A DNA stretch of 64,000 nt from a virus. Both the position numbers and the translations under genes were made by a program. The notes under the pieces are model-generated. The model was given only the letters and a program-made list of their open reading frames with translations. It did no database searches and was not told the origin of the DNA. The stretch is from positions 37,545 to 101,544 of the IMG/VR virus record IMGVR_UViG_3300026097_000015, one strand, 5' to 3'. Positions 30,090 through 37,305 of the stretch are shown piece after piece. The stretch's first letter is position 1; each line of letters opens with the position of its first letter.

Positions 30090-30353
30090 TTAGTAACGCT
30101 CTATAAACGCTTCTAAGTTGTATGCGTCAATTATTTCTAGGACAGTAGCATAGCCTCTGCCTCTAAAAGATACGCCATCAGGCAAGCCAATTTTGCTTTC
30201 CTCGTCATAGGCGTTGCAAAGTTCAATAGCTCTCTTTATACTATCAAACATCATATCTGGAATTGGGGGGTAGGAATTTGCTTTCATATGCCACTGAATA
30301 GCATTGTCAATATCTGTATGCTCCAACATATCTACTGCTGATAGGTATCCCAT
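30090..30353 (-). CDS. Hypothetical protein (WHxxxNxYPP motif)
   Basis: Own promoter and SD. Confidence 0.75.
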   Translation of the reverse strand: MGYLSAVDMLEHTDIDNAIQWHMKANSYPPIPDMMFDSIKRAIELCNAYDEESKIGLPDGVSFRGRGYATVLEIIDAYNLEAFIERY

Positions 30354-30404
30354 TACTTCCCGCTTTCGTTTGTTGTGATTAGCTTAGCATATGGTATGGA
30401 CATT

Positions 30405-30563
30405 TTAGGCTTCTTCTGCCTCGCCAATATACCATTCGCCTTCTTCGCCATCATTGATTAGATTAGCTCTGCTTAGATATTTATTGGCTTTGGCATATGC
30501 CTCTTCCTCGTTGTTTGCTAAAATGCTAACGAATCCGTCATAGTTGATGGTATATCTAGTCAT
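30405..30563 (-). CDS. Small protein with ANNEEEA motif (missing from ORF track)
   Basis: Own promoter plus GAAAGTAGG SD. Confidence 0.7.
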   Translation of the reverse strand: MTRYTINYDGFVSILANNEEEAYAKANKYLSRANLINDGEEGEWYIGEAEEA

Positions 30564-30607
30564 TACTCCTACTTTCTTTTTTGTAGCCTATCATATGGGG
30601 TGGACAT

Positions 30608-30802
30608 TTATAGAAACTCAAAAGGGTCTCTATCTTGAAAAATTTCTTCCCACGCCTCTAGGTTATAGTTTTGTGGATTCTGATAGTATTCGCCAAGTGC
30701 TTCTTTGATTTCTTCTGCTTGCTCATCCATCATTTCTACTTTCTCTAATAGCCTTATTATTGTTAGACTGCCTTGTGCCTTTATACTTCTTGGGAGTTTC
30801 AA
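30608..30802 (-). CDS. Small acidic protein (true start probably at MMDEQ)
   Basis: GAAAAGTAG SD before the internal ATG. Confidence 0.5.
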   Translation of the reverse strand: MKLPRSIKAQGSLTIIRLLEKVEMMDEQAEEIKEALGEYYQNPQNYNLEAWEEIFQDRDPFEFL

Positions 30803-31021
30803 CCTTATGCTTGGCTTTCAACATATTATGGAATAGCTCTTTGGCTTCCGCTTTTCTTCTAGCTTCGTTTCGCTTGCCTAGCATTTGGTTTCTCCCTTCT
30901 TGTTTATACTGTTACCCTATCACACCCTATGGACATTTATGAGGGCATCCAAGCAAAATCTTCTAACATTATTTCTGCCATATATATTGTTTCTTCTAAT
31001 TCTATTTCATCCATTGCTGAC

Positions 31022-31294
31022 TCATAAGACATTTATTGCCTCTTGCCTCTCGTTATCCCAAATTGCTATTTGGTTGTGCAGCTTAGCAAAAGATAAAGCC
31101 TTTGTCAAGTCAGCGAATAAAATTGACTTATCATAATAGGTTTTATTTGTCTTAGGGTCAGTCCATACTCCTAAATATTCACCTTCCCCAATTTCTTGAG
31201 GGGTAGTTTCCTCAAAAGCAACCCAATACCCTTTACTAGTCTGAACAGGAAAAAACCCTGCCTCTGCGTCTGCTTTATATGTTCCATCTCTCAT
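31022..31294 (-). CDS. Hypothetical protein (LGVWTD...YYD.S, A..FA...NQIAIWD)
   Basis: Leaderless start after an AAATGTCC promoter. Confidence 0.75.
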   Translation of the reverse strand: MRDGTYKADAEAGFFPVQTSKGYWVAFEETTPQEIGEGEYLGVWTDPKTNKTYYDKSILFADLTKALSFAKLHNQIAIWDNERQEAINVL

Positions 31295-31566
31295 AGGTAT
31301 AACCTATCACATACCTAGGACATTTTGCAAGATTTTTCCACGATTTCGTAAAACGTTTCGTAAAAGATATACATGGGCCGATATGGATCGACCCCCACAT
31401 TCCAGATCTGGCATAGACAGCCCCTCCCTAAAAGGGAGGAGTGTCACCAGGGCTATACATCTTCAGCCTATCATTCTCATCTTGGAGTTTTAGATTCCAA
31501 AAAGCTAATACCATAGTTGTGAAGCTCATTATGCCAAGGGCAATAAAGGCAAACATCAAAAGGTTC

Positions 31567-31752
31567 TCAAGCATCTACATTCTCCTCTGCGAATACTGCT
31601 TTCCAAAAGCGTGACTTGTCAAAGCGTGGGTTATCTTTCAACATCATATCCTGAAAGTCCATAACCATAAACGCCGCTTTTTCGTGGGGTAGCTCACTCT
31701 TGTATTGTCTCAAAATACTAGCTACTTCAATATAGTCTTTTCTTGTCATCAT
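31567..31752 (-). CDS. Small protein (MTRKDY...DNPRFD..RF motif)
   Basis: Coupled ORF; motif familiar from phage early genes. Confidence 0.75.
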   Translation of the reverse strand: MMTRKDYIEVASILRQYKSELPHEKAAFMVMDFQDMMLKDNPRFDKSRFWKAVFAEENVDA

Positions 31753-32039
31753 TAGATTAGTTCCTGTTCTTTAGCTTCGGTTGTATCCATCATTCCATCA
31801 TATTCAAAACACTCAGGGCATACAGTGGTTCCCTTTGGGTAGTATCCATAGCAATATACGCATACAGCCCCGTTCTCCTCATCTTCCCTGATTTTCTCAA
31901 GGGCTTCAAAATAAAACCTGCTTAGGGTTTCATCAGGAACGTGAGCATAGAGCTTGCCTAGTAGGTGATGAATACCCATATTCCCATAGGCTTCCTCATA
32001 GATTTTACGAGCCTCGGTTACTGTTGGAATTGTTGACAT
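31752..32039 (-). CDS. Hypothetical zinc-ribbon protein
   Basis: CVYC...CPEC; own promoter. Confidence 0.7.
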   Translation of the reverse strand: MSTIPTVTEARKIYEEAYGNMGIHHLLGKLYAHVPDETLSRFYFEALEKIREDEENGAVCVYCYGYYPKGTTVCPECFEYDGMMDTTEAKEQELI

Positions 32040-32092
32040 ATTAGTTTTCCTTTCTTGTTTATATAGTTAGACTAGCATAGGGGGTGGACATT

Positions 32093-32242
32093 TTAGTCCG
32101 ATAAAATCCAGTTCATATAGTCCATTGGTGACAGACTTTCCAGGTAGCACTTACGGCAAGCTGGATTAGAGCCAATAACTCTCATTGAAGCAATAGAGAC
32201 GCTGACACGGCAGACTGAGCAAGAGGTGTAGTGTTTGGTCAT
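32093..32242 (-). CDS. Small zinc-finger protein
   Basis: CSVC...CRKC; AGAAAGG SD. Confidence 0.65.
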   Translation of the reverse strand: MTKHYTSCSVCRVSVSIASMRVIGSNPACRKCYLESLSPMDYMNWILSD

Positions 32243-32399
32243 TAGTTGGCCTTTCTTGGTTGATGGCTTTAGCCTAACACAGGGGTAGGACATTTATCCA
32301 GGATTTCGTAAACCACTTCGTAAATAAAATGTAACGGTTTGATAACAGCGGGTCGACCACAGAACCTCACCCCTGTCAAGGGGTGGGGCTGCTAAGGGG

Positions 32400-32648
32400 C
32401 TATGCCCTAATCTCGTCTAGGATTTGCTGGATAGCCTTCTCCCTAGGGGTGTAGAAAGGGACCTCACTTTTGCCATCTGCTGACCAGATGACCTCCTCAG
32501 TGTCATCTTGAACAATGAACTTGGGGTCCTCGTTGAAGTGGCGGAACACGTTGATAATCTCAGTGGTAAGCTCGTTGCCATCAAAGGTCCTGGTGTCAAT
32601 GGTGTCGCCATATAGGTCCAAAGCTCTAAAAGTGTAATCGTTGTTCAT
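32400..32648 (-). CDS. Hypothetical protein
   Basis: Own promoter, GGAGG SD. Confidence 0.75.
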   Translation of the reverse strand: MNNDYTFRALDLYGDTIDTRTFDGNELTTEIINVFRHFNEDPKFIVQDDTEEVIWSADGKSEVPFYTPREKAIQQILDEIRA

Positions 32649-32814
32649 AGGTTTTCCCTCCGTTGGTTGACAGCTTCAGCTTAGCATATACCCTGGACAT
32701 TTATCCACGATTTCATAAACTTCTTCGTAAATTGTTTGTTGTGATCCAAATGTTATATTCGGGAGTCGATGCATATTCCAGGGAGGGAATACAAGCCCCC
32801 TCCCCAAGAATACA

Positions 32815-33333
32815 TCAGTAGGCAGAACCCCTGAACACTATCCAGATAAGGGCTTGAGCTACTCTAGGTGTTAGACCGTGTTCATTGCCTGCTTCGGTTA
32901 CGGCGTTAGCCATCTGAGCATACTGAGACTGAGTAGGTGTTTTACCTTCTATGCCTAATGCTCTCATCATCCAAACATCTATCACAACCGCATTAGCGTC
33001 ACCAGCAATAGCTTTAGCAAAGGCATTAGTCTTCAATCCCTTGAGGGCGTCAAACCCTAGCTCTAGGGAGTTGTTAGCCATTCGCAAGTTGTTACCTAGA
33101 CCCCTGACCTCTTTGCCTAGTGAGAATGCGATAGACTTCTCAACGTTAGTTGACCAACGCTCTCTAGGTGAGAATGAGGAGACTACGCTTGCCCCAACTT
33201 CCAGGGTAGTGTCTAGGTTGTCTGCCACCTTGTTAGCAATCTTCTCAGCGTCAAGATACCAAGTAGCTGCTTGCTCCACTTGACCAAGGGTAGCCCTAGC
33301 AATTATCTCTGAGTAAGTTTCTTTATAGTTCAT
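32815..33333 (-). CDS. Helical protein resembling the HhH DNA-glycosylase superfamily (tentative)
   Basis: WY...SP...W..N, GLKT..F, VVIDVWM.R, QALIW. Confidence 0.5.
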   Translation of the reverse strand: MNYKETYSEIIARATLGQVEQAATWYLDAEKIANKVADNLDTTLEVGASVVSSFSPRERWSTNVEKSIAFSLGKEVRGLGNNLRMANNSLELGFDALKGLKTNAFAKAIAGDANAVVIDVWMMRALGIEGKTPTQSQYAQMANAVTEAGNEHGLTPRVAQALIWIVFRGSAY

Positions 33334-33482
33334 TAGTTGACCTTTCTTATTTATACAATCTAACATATGCTATGGACATTTATCGTAAAAAGTCCACGAT
33401 TTTTTCCACGATTTCTTAATTATCATCGTAACGTTTTATGATCGTTGCCACCGACTTTTGATAGTCTGAAGTCGGTAGCCAG

Positions 33483-33515
33483 TTATCCACAGGCTGTGTA
33501 TAACCTTGTGGATAA
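33483..33515. promoter_or_regulatory. Three DnaA boxes
   Basis: TTATCCACA (33483), TGTGTATAA (33495), TGTGGATAA (33507). Confidence 0.75.
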
Positions 33516-33523
33516 CTAGGTAG

Positions 33524-33637
33524 CTACTTGATGAGTAGCCAAAAGGAATAGGCAAGTATTCCAAACATTCCAAATACCAAAACAACATCTGGCAAACCTG
33601 GAATTATGTATTGAGCGTTTTCTGGAATGATGGTCAT
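33524..33637 (-). CDS. 37-aa membrane peptide (missing from ORF track)
   Basis: Promoter variant plus GAAAGTAGG SD; single TM helix. Confidence 0.55.
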   Translation of the reverse strand: MTIIPENAQYIIPGLPDVVLVFGMFGILAYSFWLLIK

Positions 33638-34374
33638 TAGTGATACCTACTTTCTACTTGATACAAGAACACTATCACAACCCCTAGACATTATGGCAGA
33701 CACGCCCGCAAAAAAAAATAAAAAAAGTTTATTTATTTTAGTAAAAATGCCGTTAAATGTCCTACCCCTATGCTAGTATCTAAGTATAGATAAAAGAAAG
33801 GAGTTCAAATGATGAACTTACTAATTGGAAATGATTACGGATACTGCGAGATTTGTGATAACCACACGCCTCGCACAACAGCAGAAGGTGAAATCTGCTG
33901 TGAGTATTGCTGGGATGCTTATGGTGAAATAAACTAAGCGTTACCATTCCGTTATAAAAATCGGGAATAAAAATAACTAAAAATTTGTTGTACTAAGTAA
34001 GAACTAAAAAAGAAAGTAGGTATAAATATGAAATTCAATTTCAGTTGTAGAATTTGCGGTTTAGGATACAGCCAAGTATCTGAAACTGGCTATAAAGCTA
34101 ATTGCCAATGTAGGCGTGTTAGCTAAATAAATGTCCAGGGTATGTGTTAGTATCTAATTAGAAATAGAAAGTAGGAATTATGACAATCGCATTCATCAAG
34201 ACTTCAGACAAGACAGTAACTCACTACGCCTCTTTTGACGCTGAAACGCCAATTGAAGCTAAGAAGATTACTGATTACTATTGGGCAGAAGTTCGCAAGG
34301 GTAACATCTATGGTTTCTCAGTTATCTGAGAATTCCATAACACGAATAGCTAATAAATAGAAAGTAGGAAATAT

Positions 34375-34629
34375 ATGAGAAAAATTGAGTTCAAAGTTAC
34401 TGAGAATGGTTGGATTACTAGCAACGCTGAGCGAGCTAGGTCAATACCAGCCTCAAGAACTGAATGTAAAAAGTGTGGCTATGTTCTAAAAGCTATACTT
34501 CCATCAGACTTATGGAATAGATACTGGAAAGAAAATCACAATTGCCAAAGTAGGCAAGCTAGCCGTCAGGCATTTGACGGTATGCTAGGTAGCCCTATGG
34601 ATACCCTAGCTAACCTAAGTATTCGCTAA
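34375..34629 (+). CDS. Hypothetical protein (CxxC...HxC)
   Basis: GAAAGTAGG SD; followed by a terminator. Confidence 0.7.
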   Translation: MRKIEFKVTENGWITSNAERARSIPASRTECKKCGYVLKAILPSDLWNRYWKENHNCQSRQASRQAFDGMLGSPMDTLANLSIR

Positions 34630-34633
34630 TAGG

Positions 34634-34662
34634 AATGCCACCCACTAGGGTGGCATTTTTTT
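34634..34662 (+). terminator. Intrinsic terminator
   Basis: AATGCCACCC-acta-GGGTGGCATT plus T-tract. Confidence 0.85.
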
Positions 34663-34917
34663 AGCGGTATGGCGTACGGGTAACTAGTAAAAACAAATAG
34701 ACTTTGGGCATACGGGTTAGGCGGTATATTCCAAAAAGATGCCACTATGCCATAGGGTCATCATAAACATATATCAGACCTGGCATACGTGCTCACTGAT
34801 TTTTTCTTTTTATATTCTATATTTAGTGCATCATACACGATCAAACATTTCTGTAATTATGTCAAAACTGTATCTGAATTTTTTATAGTATCTGAAATTT
34901 TATGTTAAAATAGTTTT

Positions 34918-35445
34918 ATGAAATATTGCACAAAATGTGAAGTCACAAAAGAATATTCAGAGTTTCATAAATTATCAAAGTCTCCTGATGGATATAAAAC
35001 ATATTGTAAAAATTGTGTGAAAGAATATGACACAAAAAGATATGATGAAAATCGGGTATATCCTAAAAAACAACAAGACGGACTAATCCATTGTCGTAAA
35101 TGTGAGAAATATCTAGATAAGTCAAAATTTTGGGGTCACTTGTCATACTGTAGAGAATGTTCTAAGTTAGTCGGACACTCGCACAATATTAAAAAATTTG
35201 GGCTTTCTATAGAAGACTACATAGATCTTGAAAAGTCGCAAAACGGTCTATGTGCTATCTGTAATAATCCAGAAACTAAGAAAAGACGATTGTCAGTAGA
35301 TCATGACCATTCTTGTTGCTCAGGAGCATATTCGTGTGGCAAATGCATTAGAGGTCTTTTATGTTCAGGGTGCAACACTTTTCTTGGTAATGCAAAAGAC
35401 GACATTAATATTTTGCAATCTGCAATAGCTTACTTACAAAAATAA
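34918..35445 (+). CDS. Endonuclease VII-type HNH nuclease with N-terminal zinc fingers
   Basis: QNGLCAIC...LSVDHDH..IRGLLCSGCNTFLG. Confidence 0.88.
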   Translation: MKYCTKCEVTKEYSEFHKLSKSPDGYKTYCKNCVKEYDTKRYDENRVYPKKQQDGLIHCRKCEKYLDKSKFWGHLSYCRECSKLVGHSHNIKKFGLSIEDYIDLEKSQNGLCAICNNPETKKRRLSVDHDHSCCSGAYSCGKCIRGLLCSGCNTFLGNAKDDINILQSAIAYLQK

Positions 35446-35505
35446 TTTTTCAGATCAGCAAGATATATAGCTGAACATCATTTTCAATAGTGATTTATGG
35501 GCAAT

Positions 35506-35679
35506 TTAGGTATTATCACTTTGCAATGCTACAGAATCTAGCAAGGTAACTTCTCTATCACTAATAAATCCACCTTTTTCATCTAATTTTGCTCTAGCCT
35601 CTTCTTCGCTGGTAGCTAGAACTTGCAAAACCATACTTACTTGGTATGTATATGCATGTGTAGTTGGTTTTTCTGACAT
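35506..35679 (-). CDS. Small protein with LATSEEEA motif
   Basis: AGGAGA SD before MSEK. Confidence 0.65.
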   Translation of the reverse strand: MSEKPTTHAYTYQVSMVLQVLATSEEEARAKLDEKGGFISDREVTLLDSVALQSDNT

Positions 35680-36084
35680 GTCTCTCCTTATGTTAGCAAA
35701 TAGCATACTACAAAACCAAGAAATAAGCAAATTCGGATCCTGAATTGCTTGTCTTAATAAATTTTCGAGGGAATAACAAGATTTCTCTTGGTTCGTGTAT
35801 AAAAACTATTAATTACATAGTATCACACGTACACTAATAAAGCAAATACATTCTTTGGGAAATATCCAGATATCTTTCTTGGTCATATACTGTAACAAAA
35901 ACGTTATATATTTGTTATTAAATTGTTATTTTTATGTGCTATTATGCAAAAGCCGATATCTATTTGTAAATATTTACAATTATATATGAATAAACTGTAA
36001 TATCTTACAATTTGCTATATTTACATCTATTGCACATGTTAACCAAGATTGTTAGGTTGTTATTGTGCATATGTGTAGGGGGAT

Positions 36085-36118
36085 CTCTATATCACCGACG
36101 AACTTTACCGCCTTGCTT
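36085..36118 (-). repeat. Right arm of 34-bp imperfect inverted repeat (partner 20392-20424)
   Basis: Reverse complement reads AAGCAAGGCGGTAAAGTTCGTCGGTGATATAGAG. Confidence 0.7.
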
Positions 36119-36192
36119 AAAAGTGTACTTTATCTCGAAACTTTACCCCGCCAAAAGGCCTTAATTTAATAAATTTTAATATAATTATATAT

Positions 36193-36483
36193 ATGACTTT
36201 TACTGAGTGGTTGCAAACCTATGTCCCGATTATTTTAGGTATTCTCTCAATTTTGGGAATCGTATTTGGCTTTATTAGACACATATCCAAGAAAGCTGAA
36301 GGCTTCGTTAAAAATGAAGTACAAGAAGTTATCAAAGAGCTTCGACCAAATGGTGGAGGAAGTTTACGTGATCAAGTAAATCGCTTAGAGGCTTCTCATT
36401 CAAAATTAGAAGAAGGTCATGAAAAGCTCGATAGCAAAGTAGACACTTTAATAAATTTTATTATTAATAAAGATAATAAGTAA
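36193..36483 (+). CDS. Single-TM coiled-coil protein (PNGG.SLRD motif)
   Basis: N-terminal TM helix; ELRPNGGGSLRDQVNRLE. Confidence 0.7.
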   Translation: MTFTEWLQTYVPIILGILSILGIVFGFIRHISKKAEGFVKNEVQEVIKELRPNGGGSLRDQVNRLEASHSKLEEGHEKLDSKVDTLINFIINKDNK

Positions 36484-36745
36484 TATATATAGTATATTAA
36501 TATATAAGATATATATAAGTATATTCAATAAACTCTATAAGAGTTAATATGAATAATATATATAATAATCAATCAACCCTTTTATATAGTACAGCATTTC
36601 TTGGTCTTGTCAAGTACTTTTTTGATAACGTTTTTATAACTTTAATATATATAAGTATTTTTTCTTGGTTAATAAAACTTGTTAATATAACATCAATTTA
36701 TCGTAAAGTCAATATTCGTTACAATTCTGTGATAAAATTGTATAC

Positions 36746-36810
36746 AGGCTGGTGTCTAGTCCGTCTCTCATACCCACCGCAGCTAGGCATCAGCCCCTTT
36801 TTTATTTTTC
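36746..36810 (+). ncRNA. Candidate single-hairpin small RNA
   Basis: TGATAAAAT at 36730; stem GGCTGGTGTCTAG/CTAGGCATCAGCC; C/U-rich loop; T-tract. Confidence 0.45.
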
Positions 36811-36827
36811 AATGGTATAATTTTTAC

Positions 36828-37211
36828 ATGAATCTATGCGGTCCCGAATCCTTTGGTGCTGACCCTGTTAACGTACAATGGCAGGTTGTCAGAGGTGATA
36901 CAGCTACCATGCGTGTTGAGTTTTTAGACGATGACGGAGAGACAGCTTTTGATGTTTCTAACTGGACATTCTCTGCAAGCAGCTATGACCCAAGAAGCGA
37001 TGTAATTGATGAGCTACAGGTTATTGCGGGAAACGGCTATGTAGACATTACAGCACCCACAGAAATTACATCCTTGTGGGGTGGGGGATACCGCTCAGTG
37101 AGTGCAGAACTTACTTTTGACGTGCAGGCAGTTATTGACTCCAGCACTACATGGACACCAGTTATTGGAACTATTAAAGTATTATCAGACGTTAGTGGGA
37201 GTACGCTTTAA
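36828..37211 (+). CDS. Virion adaptor, Ig-like (BppU-like) protein
   Basis: ATG 6 nt after TGGTATAAT; VRGDTA motif; paralogous to 38068 and 41263. Confidence 0.7.
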   Translation: MNLCGPESFGADPVNVQWQVVRGDTATMRVEFLDDDGETAFDVSNWTFSASSYDPRSDVIDELQVIAGNGYVDITAPTEITSLWGGGYRSVSAELTFDVQAVIDSSTTWTPVIGTIKVLSDVSGSTL

Positions 37212-37305
37212 TGGCAGTTATTAAAGTTTCTACCCCTGCTCCACAAATTTCGCCAAAGATTAAGGTTAATGGCAAAGTTTATAAAACTTACAAGTAAGGT
37301 TCGTA

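Larger units (their letters stand above)
21210..33431 (+). repeat. Dispersed CCASGA-N14-TCGTAA motif, 11 copies
   Basis: Starts near 21210, 21461, 21668, 21838, 21879, 25387, 27810, 31338, 32298, 32705, 33406; same strand, invariant spacing. Confidence 0.85.
22279..34153. promoter_or_regulatory. Dispersed promoter family AAATGTCC-N8-TGnTA(G/A)nnT, ~17 copies
   Basis: Minus-strand boxes at 22296, 25357, 27399, 27790, 29000, 30060, 30398, 30602, 30931, 31318, 32086, 32288, 32695, 33374 (variant 33686); plus-strand at 33755, 34129; each faces a gene start. Confidence 0.9.

Noticed and set aside
21000-34200. CRISPR array or integron attC array
   Set aside because: The repeats are degenerate, irregularly spaced regulatory motifs separated by genes; no identical direct repeats with spacers, no cas or integrase gene
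36549-36827. N-terminal extension of ORF 36549..37211
   Set aside because: AT-rich DNA containing promoters and a terminator-like hairpin; the real start is probably ATG 36828
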